A DNA stretch of 64,000 bases. Source: Eledone cirrhosa. Lineage: Eukaryota. Location: NCBI GenBank assembly GCA_964016885.1, contig OZ024741.1:393328001-393392000 (forward strand), given 5' to 3'. The translations under genes were made by a program, and so were the position numbers. Of this stretch, positions 1 through 17,010 are shown one piece after another. Below the pieces are notes generated by a model. The model worked only from the letters and a program-made list of their open reading frames with translations. It was not told the origin of the DNA and made no database searches. The number at the start of each line of letters is the position of its first letter. Positions within the stretch are counted from its first letter, which is position 1.

Positions 1-2418
<2,418 letters not shown>

Positions 2419-2810
2419 TGGTGGCTGCCAACTCGTTTTCGAGTACGGCCACTACTTTATATCCATGTAGGAGAACCCCTACTGATGCGCTGAACGAGTG
2501 ACTTTTTAGTCCAGCCAGCGACTTGAAAACTCTGGTACAAAGACTACACTTGTGACAATTATTGACACATAGTGTTGGGCCCATGGTACCATGTGACGAC
2601 AAGTGCAGAGAGATCTCCAGATATAAAGCAATGCCTGTGCCGTGAAGCTTTTATAGTGAGCAAAGGCACTGCACAAAGCCAGTCCCACTCTCTTAACCAA
2701 GATGACCCCTTAGCCTTTGTCAAGGCAGAATTCTAGGAGAAGGAAAACTCTGATATAACACCTGCAACCCTGATGGTATCCAATGATGTTGACTTGTTCT
2801 TCTTTTTGGT
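2419..2810 (+). mobile_element. Unique island within microsatellite, probable 5' UTR fragment of an RTE-type LINE
   Basis: Contains CTAGGAGAAGGAAAACTCTGA, resembling RTE/BovB-type 5' regions as I recall them; no ORF of note. Confidence 0.4.
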
Positions 2811-4653
<1,843 letters not shown>

Positions 4654-4960
4654 CATCATCATCATCATCATCATCATTTCATTTTACGTCCGCTTTTCCC
4701 CGCTTGCAAGGGTGGGACGGGAACTGATTCTGGCTTTATTTCTACAGCTGGATGCCCTTCCTAACACCAACCTCTTTTACAGTGAGTGCTGGGTGCTTTT
4801 TTGCTGTGGCACGTCCACGACCACTACAGCTGAGTAAACTGGAGGAATGTGAAATAAAGTGTCTTGCTCAAGGAAACAACACATCACCCGGTCTGAGAAT
4901 TGAACTCACAACCTTTCAATTGCAAGGCCAATGCTCTAACCACTAAGCCATCTGCCTCCA
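4654..4960 (-). mobile_element. tRNA-derived SINE (CORE-like body, RTE-derived 3' tail, (GAT)n end)
   Basis: Minus strand has A box TGGCTTAGTGG, B box GTTCAATTC, CCTTGAGCAAGACACTTT core, and tail TTAGGAAGGGCATCCAGCTGTAGAAA...GGACGTAAAATGA; three more copies in the window. Confidence 0.9.
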
Positions 4961-5001
4961 TGTATACATATATATACATATATATATATATACATATATA
5001 T

Positions 5002-8000
5002 ATCATCATCATCACCATCTTCGTTTAACGTCTATTTTCCACGCTAGCATGAGTTAGACGGGAGTTGTCCCACTGGAGGCAAGGTTGGTCGGGTGACCGT
5101 GTCTCGCTCATATAGGACTATCTGGCAGGGTGCCCTTCCTAACACCAACCACATTTACAGTGTGGAACTGGGAACTTTTTACCGTGTTACCTACACAGCC
5201 ACATTACAGCGTGGACTGTGTGTGTTTTTTGTCGTGAAACCTACATGATCTCGATCTCATTATCTCGTGCTGTTGGTGGGAGTGGGAGGATAGGGTAGAG
5301 GAAGTGGATTGGGGTGTATATTTGGTTAAGAGGTGCCTACTGACTGTAGGTTGGTACATAGGCAAGGCGGGTCTTCTGTATTACTGCGTAGCGCCAAAGA
5401 TCTTGGGCAAGAGACATTGTCTTAGAGAGATGTAAGTGTGTAAGGTCGGAATTTATCAGATCATCCCAGGTTTTTCTGGGTCTACCTACTCCGTAACTAC
5501 CATCAATTTTGATCGCCCTGCAATTTTTTATGCAGCTGTCGTCTTTCATGCGCATCACGTGACCATACCAACATAGTCTTCTCTCAAGTAAACAGCATCT
5601 GATCCCTCTTAATCCTAATTTCTCACTTAGTTCATTTATGCTTTGCCGTTCACATATATTACTATTACACATCCAACGGAGCATGCATGCTTCGTTCCTT
5701 TCCAGTCTACACAGGTCCTCTGCACGTAATGCCCATGTCTCACTGGCATGTAGCATTGCTGTTCGTATACAGGCATCATACAATCTGCCTTTCATTTTTA
5801 GAGAGAAACCTTTTGTGGCCAACAGCGGTGTTAGCTCTCTGAACTTTTTCCATCCCATTCTGACTCTGGCTACTGTACTTTCAGAACACCCTCCCCCACT
5901 GCTGATTTCGTCAACCAGGTAACGGAAAGTGTCTACTATTTCTATAGAACCATCTGGGCAATAGAAGGAGCTAGTATCCTTTGGACACTTGCTACTTATT
6001 GCACCTGAGCATTGGCCACATATAAAGTCTACGTGCTTAGATAGTTTACCTGTGATCCCACTACATCTTTTATGTACCCATACTTTGCATTTGGGACATA
6101 AAATGGAGTTTCTGCCTACTCCTTTCCTACACACTGAGCATGGCCATTTCCCTGAGGGCACCTATTTTCCTTTCTACAAACTAGAACTTTAGTCTTAGGC
6201 AAATTAACTTTAAAGCCTTTTGATTCTAGGCCATGCTTCCATGTTTCGAATTTCTTCTCTAGTTCAGCCATTGATTCAGCTATGAGCGTTAGGTCATCTG
6301 CGTATAGGAGTTCCCATGGGAAGCTGGTCTTGAACTTCTCTGTTATAGCCTGAAGGGCAATAATAAATAAGAGGGGGCTAAAACAGAGCCTTGATGAATG
6401 CCAACTTTTACACTAAATTCTTCACAATATTCATTGTTAATTCTAACCTTACTGACTTTCATTATACATAGCTTGTATAGCTCTCACAAGCCATTCATCT
6501 ACACCTAGTTTTCTAAGAGCCCACCAGATAATGGAGCGGGGGGACTCTGTCAAAAGCTTTCTCCAGGTCTACAAAAGCTAAGTAGAGGGGTTTACTTTTA
6601 GCTAGGTACTTCTCTTGTAGTTGTAGTACAAGGAAAAGAGCGTCTGTTGTACTTTTACCTGACACAAACCCAAACTGCATTTCATCTAGATCAATTCGCT
6701 CTCTGATTAGTTGCGCTATAACTCTTTCTGTGACATTCATGACCTGGTCAACTAACTTAATGCCTCTATAGTTTCCCCTATCTAGAGCATCCCCTTTATC
6801 CTTGTAGCAGTTAATGATGATGATGCTCCGCCAGTCTTTCGGTATGACCTCATTCTGTATTACTTGGTTAACTATACGGGTGACCATAGTGTGTCCCACC
6901 ATACCAGATGCCTTCAACATCTCAGCAACTATCTCCAAAGGCCCAGCTGCCTTGCCTGTCTTCATATCTTTGATTGCCTTACTTGTTATACTACCTTTAA
7001 CTTGCACCGCTGGTCCTTCTATTAGATCGATTTGGGGCAGACTATCTTTTTTCCCATTTATTCTCCTCATTTAATAGTCTCTCGTAGTGACACTTCCAGG
7101 CTATCTTCTTATCAGTATCAGTGAGCGCAAGTACACCATTATCCTTACGTACACACTTCTCCCCGACAATATCACGGTTTTCCTTGACACATTGTCTAGC
7201 AATCCTGAACACCTCACGTTTTTGGTCCTCACGTTGTAGAACATGCTTGAACTTTCTATCCTCTGCTACCCTTTTTGCAAGGTACATTTGTCTCCTAGCT
7301 TCTCTCCTGGCCACTTGATAGTGCTCTCTACTTCCCCCATCCTGCCATACTTTCCAAGCCTGCTTTTTGGCCTTGATTGTCTCTTCCACCTTACTGTTCC
7401 ACCACCCAGTTACTCTCCTCCTGCCAATAGGTCTGCTCCAGCCACAGATTTCATCCGTTGCTTTCAGCAGGTTCACTTTTAAGAATTGCCACCGTTCCTC
7501 TATATCGCACGTCTCTAATTGCTCTTCCTTATTGTCAAAGGCATCAAGTAATGAGCTTTTAAATTTGTCACTGGCTATGGGGTCCTTCAACTTCCATATT
7601 CTTCTCCTCAAGGTAGGCCTCCTCGTCTATTCCTCTGTCGTCTATTCCTGACTATAAGGTCACTAACTACTAGGCTATGTTGGGAGGTGCATTCTTCACG
7701 GGGGAGGGATTTAGTGTTTACAACAGTCATTTTGTCCCGTCTTCTAGTAAGGATATAATCTATCTGTCTGGCTGGTGTGTTCCCCTGATCTAGAGGTGAT
7801 CAAGTGGTTTTCATGTTTTTTGAAGTTTGTGTTACAGATAGTTAGGCTATTTGCGTCACAGAATTCCAGGATTCTGAAGCCCTCTTCATTTCTATTTCCA
7901 GCCCCATAGCCTCCATGGATTCCATCATAGCCATCACTATGTTGTCCAACGTGGCCATTTAGATCGCTAGCAATAATTAGGTAGTCGCTGTCAGTTATTT

Positions 8001-8420
8001 GGGAGGTAGTGTGCATTAGCATCTCATAGAACCTGTCCTTTATAACGTCAAGTAGACCAGATTGGGTGCATAAGCAGATATTATTGTCACAGTAGTTTTA
8101 TTTAGAACTAGCCTTATTTTAATTATTCTGTCATTTACTCTATTTACATCAATTACCTTATCTACCCATTTTTCAGCTAACATAATTCCTACACCACCCT
8201 GTCCGTTGTCATTTTCCACCCAGAAAAGTTTATAGCACCGTTTTTTACCCACGATGAACCTGGCAGACCCCCCCCCCCCTTCTCCACCTAGTCTCTTGAA
8301 TACAACAAACATCAACTTCTTTATGTTCAAGCATCTCTACAACCTCATTTGAGTGACCTTTCAATGTGCCTATGTTCAAGGTACCAACTCTGAAGTTGGG
8401 AGGGTGGGATGGAAGGGTTG
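5002..8420 (-). mobile_element. Near full-length, frameshifted RTE-clade LINE (APE endonuclease + RT + PHD), family A
   Basis: ORF pieces 8040-8330 and 7744-8022 (APE: ISAYAP, DLNGHVG), 7042-7611, 6513-7070 ([18 protein letters not shown]), 5337-6161 ([18 protein letters not shown]); 3' UTR ending in (GAT)n. Confidence 0.93.
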
Positions 8421-8720
8421 GCGGGGCATGGGAGATGGGATTTTGTTGGTCATCTGTGTCTGAAATAAAGAGGGGTCCTTGTATTCTCGTCTTGCAGCGG
8501 GAGGTGAATTTATCTTTATCTGTGACATTGAGTGCTTAGACTTTTCAAATTTCCACAGTCAACCCATCAAACAGGTCTAAACTTAAGGAGTAGTAACCGG
8601 GGTGGTAGCTTTGCTATACTGATTTGTTAGAGAACTTACTAAAGCCGCTGAGTTATGATTGGACCATATAGCAATGGTGGTGTGTGGGGGTGCGTGGGCG
8701 GGAAATGGGTGACTTTAGGA

Positions 8721-9139
8721 GAAGTTTAGTTTTTAGGAAAGGTCCAACAGATTGAGACATATTACAAAGTTTGCGAGCGAGATGCAGGAAGGTTCTAGAA
8801 TAATTATTTAATAACAATACTAGAAGGTTAGTTTTTAGGAAGGGAGCAACAGAAAGAGACATATTATTAAAAATATATAAATTATTAATTGAAGATCCGA
8901 GAGGAAAACGGAGAATTTGACTTCTAGACTGATATAAATAGGAGTTTTTAAAACACAGACGACTTTATGAGTGACTTTAAGAAGTTTAGTTTTTAGGAAA
9001 GGTCCAACAAATTGAGACATATTACAAAGTTTGCGAGCGAGATGCAGGAAGGTTCTAGAATAATTATTTAATAACAATACTAGAAGGTTAGTTTTTAGGA
9101 AGGGTCCAACAGAAAGAGACATATTATTAAAAATATATA
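8721..9139. repeat. Direct duplication of about 160 bp (8721-8879 and 8981-9139) upstream of the RTE ORF
   Basis: GAAGTTTAGTTTTTAGGAAAGGTCCAACA...GAGACATATTATTAAAAATATATA occurs twice; ORFs 8653-8862 and 8835-9122 share their N-terminus. Confidence 0.9.
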
Positions 9140-10095
9140 CATATATATATATATATATATATTTAGAGTGAGAGAGAGAGAGAGAGAGAGAGAATAGTGT
9201 GGCTCTGTAGTTGCTAGTAAGTTTGGCTTAAAAATGGAATGAGAGTAAGAAAGCAAGAACGGGGGGGGGGGGGGGGGGTTCCTCGTCAGTTGTATCCTGG
9301 GGGTCTCGGCTATTTCAACGCTTTATATATATATATACATACATACATACATATATATATACATAGTTCAAGGAGATAACAAACAGAGGTGCATAATGAT
9401 GGGTGGTTGGTTCAATCAAGGCAGTTTTCCCAAAGTACACTCTCCTTCCAAAACTCAAGACAATGAAATGCACTAGAAATGAGTAAAAAATAACAGGAAA
9501 CAATCGAAAACAAATGGCACCAAAAGCTATTCATAAGCATCATGTCTCATCAAACTTTGTACTTCTTTTATTTCATCACAAGAAAAATGAAAGGATCAAC
9601 CTGTCCTTTAAGAGGAAGGTTGATCAACTTTCTTTGTGATGTTCTAAATTGGAATCCAACAGATGTCGTTATTACTTGGCCAGATGGGATGAAAAAATTT
9701 AATGTTAATGTCAGTGTTCCACTTTGCCATTGTGTGTTTGAGTGCATTTACATCCCATAACTTAGCAGTTCAATAAAAAGAGAACAATAAAATAAGTACT
9801 AGACTTGAAATATGAAATTTACAGCTCACACCTATACAAATTTAGCTAGCCTACTACAAGGTTGTATTTGAAAGGAGGTTCCTCCAGTATTTTACTGATA
9901 GGGACCCCAGTCTTATCATTAAAAAAAATGTGTAATGAAGTGTCTTGCTCAAGAACAATAAAAGGACATCAATAAAATATAAGTTCTGGGGTTTGAAATG
10001 ATCAACTAAATCTCTTGGAGTTAGCACCCAAATATGCCCACAGTCCAATGGTTGAAACCAGCAAATGAATATAAGAATGTTAAGTTTTTCATGAA

Positions 10096-10347
10096 TAATA
10101 TCTGGCTACACAAAATGAGGCCTTCCACCTAATATATCTGGCTACACAAGATGAAGCCTTCCACCTAATATATCTGGCTACACAAAATGAGGCCTTCCAC
10201 CTAATATATCTGGCTACACAAAATGAGGCCTTCCACCTAATATATCTGGCTACACAAAATGAGGCCTTCCACCTAATATATCTGGCTACACAAAATGAGG
10301 CCTTCCACCTAATATATCTGGCTACACAAAATGAAGCCTTCCACCTA
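10096..10347. repeat. 36-bp minisatellite, about 7 copies
   Basis: Unit TAATATATCTGGCTACACAAAATGAGGCCTTCCACC, head-to-tail with no spacers. Confidence 0.95.
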
Positions 10348-11249
10348 AAAAAATGTTACCAACCTCTGGTTTAGATATATTCTGGTTAAGATGAGCACAG
10401 ACAATTGTTACATAGTTATGACATTTTCTTAGCAACCACATGGTTCCGAGTTCAATCCTACTGTGTAGCACCTTGGGCTTGTGTCTTCTACAATAGTTTC
10501 AAGTTGATCCATACTTTGTAAGAATTTGGTAGACAAAAACTACAGGGAAGCTTGTCATATATGTGTCTATGCGCGCAATAAATATCAGCAGAAAAACCAA
10601 AAACCAATTCTTTTCAAATTACATTATTTGTGATAATTAGTCTGCATCGAGATGTATACACTCCCTTATCACCTTCATTCTCAGAAATATAGTGAAACAG
10701 TGATTGACTTATTGAAAATCCTGAAGCCAATGACACTATATTTAGCAAGTGTAATATAAAATTTTAAAAATCAGGTTACCCATAAAAATTAAGGTGTCAG
10801 TGAGTGAAGCAATTGAGAGAGTTGTCTTTATCTGTTTTGATAGCTTGCTAAAAGTAATAGGTTGTGTTGATATATCAAGAAAAAATAATTTTTTTCTTGT
10901 ATCCATTGTACTGTTATTAGAGCTCACTCATGTACAATATTTCATTTGTGTATAATACCACCCTTCTTTCTTAAGCTAAAAATGTGGAATAGATTTCATC
11001 CTTCTGTATAATATTACATTGCAGTACATCCAAAACCATGTAAATTTTTTTGTGAATTTGTACCATTGTTATCCAGCAAAATCTTAATTTCAAACATATA
11101 TTCCACAATATTCAGCTTTTTAAGATGTTAAAGAATGCTATGTACGACATGGTAACACAACACCTCATTCATGTCTATAGACATGTTGTTTATGACCTTT
11201 GCTGCATGTACATACTTGTTTCAACATGATCGATTGAATCAGTTGTGAG

Positions 11250-12311
11250 TTATTGTTCTTTATGTACAGATGTGTTTATAACCTGTTGCAAGAAAACATC
11301 AAACAATGATATGTGATGATCAAATTTTGTGTGAAACTCAACGAATTTGCCACCGAAACATTTAATTCTTTAACACATGCTTATGGAGATGTTACTCTAT
11401 GGAAAAGTAAGGTTTTTAAGTCACACTAAGATTTCAAAGAGGCCTGAGAAAATGTCTAATCTCAACAAATGAACAAAATGTGGAAATGATGCAAGCAGTG
11501 ATGGTGAAAGATTACTGATTAAGAGTTAGAATGATTGCAGAAGAAACGGGCTTGGATAAAAATGCAGTTCACAGAATTTTAACAAACCATTTGCACATGT
11601 GAAATATTTGTACAAAACTACTGCTCAAACACTTGTCTATGGAGCAAAAAGCAAACCAGTTGGAAATTTGTTAGGATTTGCTAGAAAGACTCGAAATTGA
11701 GCCAAATTTCTTGGATAAAGTAGGAACAAGAAATGAATCCAGTATGATCCAGAGACAAAATGGCAAATTAAGGAGCACCACATGAAAAATTCTCATCCGA
11801 AAGAAACACACACGAGCAGATCCATGGTGAAAACAATGATTATCATTTTCTTTTCAACAGCCGTGGTATTGTTTACAAAGAATTTTTACCTGCAGAACAG
11901 AGTTTGAAAGAATATTGCAGGAAATTGGGTACTGCACCACGATAACGCACCTGCTCATACAACACTTTCAGTTAGAGAATTTCTGGTGAAGAAAAACATT
12001 CTCACTCTTCCACATCCCCTTACAACCCAGATCTAGCTGTGTGTGGTTTTTACTTCTTCCCTAAGTTGAAATTGAAGTGTTGAAAGGTCATCATTTTGGG
12101 ACTGTGGAAAACATGCAAAAAAAATTGTAATCAACAAGCTAAAGACACACAGAAAATGACTTTTCGTACTGCTACGACTAATGAAGAAAACATAGGAATC
12201 ACTGTGTGACTTTGCAGGAGTCGTATTTTGAAGGAGATAACTTGTATTTAAATGTATATTAGACATACATGAAATTACATCAGTATCCTTACTTTTGGGG
12301 TAATCCTCATA
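11250..12311 (+). mobile_element. Degenerate Tc1/mariner transposase relic
   Basis: Manual translation gives IKFCVKL...ETF...AYGD (HTH), LHHDNAPAH and YNPDLA..FYFFPKLK; TIR-like end TTACTTTTGGGGTAATCCTCATA. Confidence 0.88.
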
Positions 12312-12733
12312 AAACAACTGAACATTTAAAATTTTGTGTAGAAGCGGGCTTCTCCTACTTCTTGTTCCAAAACAAGTTTTCCCAAATAACAAATATTGCT
12401 GATATATCAAATACCATTAGTAAATTACTCTTGCCATATGAAAGGAGTATTTTTTAGCTCGGCAAAAATTTCTGAAAATGTGTACTCATATATAATACTA
12501 ACCCTATTTTTTAGTTCAAAATTTCTTAAGAAAATATGGTGGGATTAGTTGGCTTCTTACGAGGTTGCTTATCATAGAGGGTTTCTCAGGTGTTTTAATG
12601 ATAGGGACCCCAGTCCTATCATGGAAAGAATCTCCACATGGCTGGACACCAGTTCGTTGCTGGAGTTAACATCCAGCTGCTGCTGGTAATCAATCTTTTC
12701 CAGCTGAATAGACTGGAGCACATCCCAACACCA

Positions 12734-13380
12734 GAATATCAATTGTAATGCCTCAGTTTTGTTTTTAACCATATGGTTTTGTGTATAAATCTCTACTCCT
12801 TATGCTTTTAACTTTACATTGAAATGATCCATCAGTTGTTAATTATCTTCATATAGATTTAAAAGAATTACTCTTTTGTTACCATAGTTCTAATGAAAGA
12901 CATCATTTAATGCCTGCTTTCTCTGCCAGTAAGGTTTGAATGGGTCTACAAAGACCAAGTCAGTACTGCAATGAAGCTACTGACCACCCAGAGAGGCCGA
13001 GGGGTCTGTATCCTGCTTACGTACTGTCCTATTGAATGCAGAGTTGTTGTATCTTTTGACACAATCTGAAAGGTCCTTCTAACCCCTTGTTAGGCAAGCT
13101 TTCTATAGCTGGATGCCCTTCCTAACACCAACCATTTTACAGCGTGTACTGGGTGCTTTTATTGTGTAGATCACCAACACTAAGGAGGTTGTCATGTCCT
13201 TGATGATGATGAGTGTCTCATTAGAACTATGGTAACAAAAGAGTAATTCTTTTAAATCTATATGAAGATAATTTACAACTGATGGATCATTTCAATGTAA
13301 AGTTAAAAGCATAAGGAGTAGAGATTTATACACAAAACCATATGGTTAAAAACAAAACTGAGGCATTACAATTGATATTC
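12734..13380. repeat. Near-perfect 163-bp inverted repeat (12734-12896 / 13218-13380) with about 320-bp spacer
   Basis: Arms are reverse complements by eye with about one mismatch. Confidence 0.93.
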
Positions 13381-13745
13381 TAGTATCAATGTTTGGCAAG
13401 GTTTCTATGGCTGAATGCCCTTCCTATCACCAACCACTTTACACCAAGTACTGGGTGTGTTTATCGTGTAGGTTACCAAACACTAGGGCAGCTGTAATGT
13501 CCTTGACACAACTGAAGGATACTCCCACACTTTCCACTGCTGTACTGGGTGCATTTATTGAGTAGATCTCCAACCCTAGAGAGGTTGTGTCTTTGACACA
13601 ACTAAAAAGTCCTCTCAACTCTTTAGCTATAGTTTCTACAACAGGATTCTCTTCCTGTTGCTTATCCACCCTTATGAAGTCTACCGGGTGTATTTTCGTG
13701 GCACCATCACTAGAAGAGTTATTGGTCGTAGACACACTGCAGAGC
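12899..13745 (-). mobile_element. Old RTE/SINE 3'-tail fragments, interrupted by the right arm of the inverted repeat
   Basis: TTTCTATAGCTGGATGCCCTTCCTAACAC motifs near 13100 and 13403; repeated GTACTGGGTG units. Confidence 0.65.
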
Positions 13746-14336
13746 CCTCTTTTCTCTGAGGAGGAGAGCAATAGGGGAGGGAAATAGGTATGAAGCTATA
13801 GGTGTATGTAGAGATTTGGCAGGGCAATAAGTAAAGGATAGGGGTGGCAATGATTTTCAAATAATTTTGAAAATAATCAAGACTACGGAGGGATTTAATA
13901 AAATAACTTTTTCATTATTAAGCTAGTGTTCTGAGTACAAATTAATGCATTTATGATGGGAAGTTTTAAATAAATATATGTACTTTAAAATAAATAACTC
14001 AGTATCACAGAACCTGGGGAGGTTCAATATCAAGCGTTAAACTCAAATTATTTATTTGTTTTTGATTTTACATTTTAATTTATAAAAGTAAAGGGATCTC
14101 TTTTTGGAGTAACTGATTATATATTATGCAAGCTGTTAAGATAGGTTATTAATACTGATAAAAATCATTTTTCTTGCAACTTTTCATTAACATATTTCCA
14201 TCGGTATTGGAATAATTGATTTTACAATTTACTGCTCCTTGCTAATCACACAACCGTGAAGTGTAAGTGGAACCTGTTATCCAATTAGGCAAGCCAAGCA
14301 TGCAGAGTTATGTACCTTGCACAAAAGCACAATATC

Positions 14337-14561
14337 TATGTATCTATCTAAAAAGAAAGACTAAGAATTATATAGAGAGAACGCTAAATCGCCTAATGCG
14401 GTCCCTAGGGCATTGAAAATTTGAAATAATTTTTGCTCAAAACACTCACAGGACCATAAGTATTACATGTCTAAAGTTTAAAAACAATCGGTTGGATGGT
14501 TCTCAAGTTTTAGTGATCGGACAGAGAGACAGACAGACATTCTCTGTTTTAGATATATAGA
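14337..14561 (-). mobile_element. Non-autonomous Helitron 5' fragment
   Basis: Minus strand begins TCTATATATCTAAAACAGAGAATGTCTGTCTG; homologous to the copies at 14599 and 15187. Confidence 0.8.
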
Positions 14562-14598
14562 CTAGCAGAAAACCGCCCACCGGGTGGTTTTCTGCTAG

Positions 14599-15186
14599 TC
14601 TATATATATAAAACTGAGGATGTCTGTCTGTGTGTGTGTGAGTTTGAATCCTTAAAACTCGAGAAGCACCCAACCGACTGTTTTCAAACTTTACACATGT
14701 AATATTTATGTTTCAGGCAGTGTTCTGAGCAAAAAAAAAATTCAAATGTTCAATGCCCTTGGGACCGCATTAGGCGATTTAGCGATCTCTCTCTATAATT
14801 CTTAGTCTTTCTCTTTTTAGATAGATACATACATATAACGTCGCGCCCTTATAATATCTGTCTGTATGTCTGGCTGTCTGCATTACGTCACTTCCTACAA
14901 TACGCTCTGCGTCCAGAACGCGCCCTTATAATATGTCTGTATGTCTGACTGTCTGCTGCCTCCAGTTATTATGCCACCCTTGCTCAAGACAAATCTCACA
15001 CTCATTCCCCAAACAGTTGGTAAGTGCACACTTCTTCCTCACGTTTTAAGCCACAGTGTGGCTTACTTACGTACCACCAGACCCTTACTTCTTTGCCAGC
15101 CGTGGTTGTGGCAATACTAAGCTTAGCTAAGGCGGTTATATATTTCACAATACCTTATCCCGTGCAACGCCGGGTACCACTGCTAG
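14599..15186 (+). mobile_element. Non-autonomous Helitron, complete copy
   Basis: 5' TC(TATATATATAAAAC); 3' hairpin CCCGTGCAACGCCGGG followed by CTAG. Confidence 0.85.
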
Positions 15187-16157
15187 TCTATATATCTAAA
15201 ACAGAGAATGTCTGTCTGTCTGTCCAATTACTAAAACTCGAGAACCACCCAACCGATTGTTTTCAAACTTTACACATGTAATACTTATGGTTGTGTGAAT
15301 GTTTTGAGCAAAAATTTCAAATAGGGACCGCATTAGGCGATATAGCGATCTCTCTCTTAGTCTTTCTCTTTTTAGATAGATACATAGATATAACGTTGCA
15401 CCCTTATAATATCTGTCTGTATGCCTGGCTGTCTGCATTACGACATTATGACGTAGCTGTGTGTGTATATGTATATATAGTGTGTGTGTATATATATAGT
15501 GTGTAATGTTTTTCAAAATATTTACTGCTGCGTTCACAGATTGATTTTTTATTTTAGTTTCAGAAGATCCCGTTAAGGGTGAAAGCAGCGATTCTTTGCT
15601 TAAACTTTAATCTGTTATTTTATTATATATATATATATAATTATATATTCATGTACAAATATTTTTGCATACACAATAACAAAATATAAACAAACGTATT
15701 TATTTCACAAGGCTCGATAAGGATAAATATATATCAAATATATATAGAGGCACATGGTTTAGTGGTTAGAGCATTGGGCTTGCAATTGAAAGGTTGTGAG
15801 TTCAATTGAAAGGTTGTGAGTTCAATTCTCATACCGGGTGATGTGTTGTTTCCTTGAGCAAGACACTTTATTTCACATTGCTCCAGTTTACTCAGCTGTA
15901 GAAATGAGATGATAGACTGGGGTCCCTATCATTCCACTGCAAAGTGGTCGTGGAGGTACCACGGCAAAAAAAAGCACCCAGCCCACACTGTAAATGAGGT
16001 TGGTGTTAGGAAGGGCATCCAGCTGTAGAAATCAAGCCAAAATCAGTTCCCGTCCCACCCTTGCAAGCAGGGGAAAGCGGACGTAAAATGATGATGATGA
16101 AATGATGATATAAGAACCCTAGCACAAATCCCGAGCAACGCCAGGCCATTCTGCTAG
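15187..16157 (+). mobile_element. Second tandem non-autonomous Helitron carrying nested insertions
   Basis: 5' TCTATATATCTAAAAC directly after CTAG; 3' CCCGAGCAACGCCAGG...CTAG followed by T. Confidence 0.78.
15747..16109 (+). mobile_element. tRNA-derived SINE (same family as 4654), nested in the Helitron
   Basis: A/B boxes, core, RTE-like tail; internal 20-bp duplication of CAATTGAAAGGTTGTGAGTT. Confidence 0.9.
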
Positions 16158-16791
16158 TAATTTCTAATGTAGGAACATGATCACAAATTTCTGGGGTTTG
16201 CAGAGTTAATATAATTAGCCTCTGTAGAACTTAAAATGGAAAGAGACATAACTAAAAGCAATTTGATTAGTGTTGCACTGCTTGAGCCCTTCACCAAGAG
16301 TGCAACATAATGCCAGTAGTTTTTATTGTATCTTAACCACAAAATACTGTACTCTATCTAGCATATATTGAATAGTTACAATTGTTATTAAGCCTTCTCT
16401 ACAATTACCACAACCACCAGCTCAGCAAGGTAGTCAATGTCCAGATGCAATCAACAGATGTACTGTTACCACAATACCTATACATCTGCTTAGTGACTGA
16501 CTGACTACTATATATTCTGACATACATTACTATATTTCCATGGCCCAGTCTGTTTTTTTTGTTTTTTTTTGTTTTTTTTGTTAGTATGGTCTAATCAAAG
16601 CCAGAATGGAGATGAACGATATGGCTTGTTAGAGCCGTTTGTAAAGATGAAAAGTTAATTCAAAATGCTTTTTAAGAAAAAACAAAATATTCACTAAGCT
16701 TTATATGCAGTGGTTAGTAATACTTATAAATCACTGAATTAGGACAGAAAACAATTTCTTCAATTTTAACTCCATATCATTCATATATTAT

Positions 16792-17010
16792 AGGGATTGG
16801 CAGAATTGGTAGCGCACTAGACAAAATACTATGCAGTATTCGTTCCAATTCTTTATGCTCTGGATCCAAATCCATCAAAGTAAACGTTGTCTTTCATCCT
16901 TCTGAGTTTGACAAAATAATGTACCAATTAAGTACTGGGGTCAATTTAATCAACTAAATTCTCCCCCACCCAATTTTTAGCCTTGTGCCTATGTTGAAAA
17001 CAATTATTAT
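16792..17010 (+). mobile_element. Degenerate Meta-domain SINE
   Basis: TGGCAGAATTGG head; CTTTCATCCTTCTGAGTTTGACAAAATAATGTACCA Meta-like domain. Confidence 0.7.

Noticed and set aside
9278-9322. CTGACGA and GAAA on the minus strand near the RTE 5' end, candidate ribozyme
   Set aside because: Could not build hammerhead stems or an HDV double pseudoknot by eye
10096-10347. 36-bp repeat of CRISPR-like length
   Set aside because: Units are contiguous with no spacers, no cas genes, eukaryotic context; it is a minisatellite
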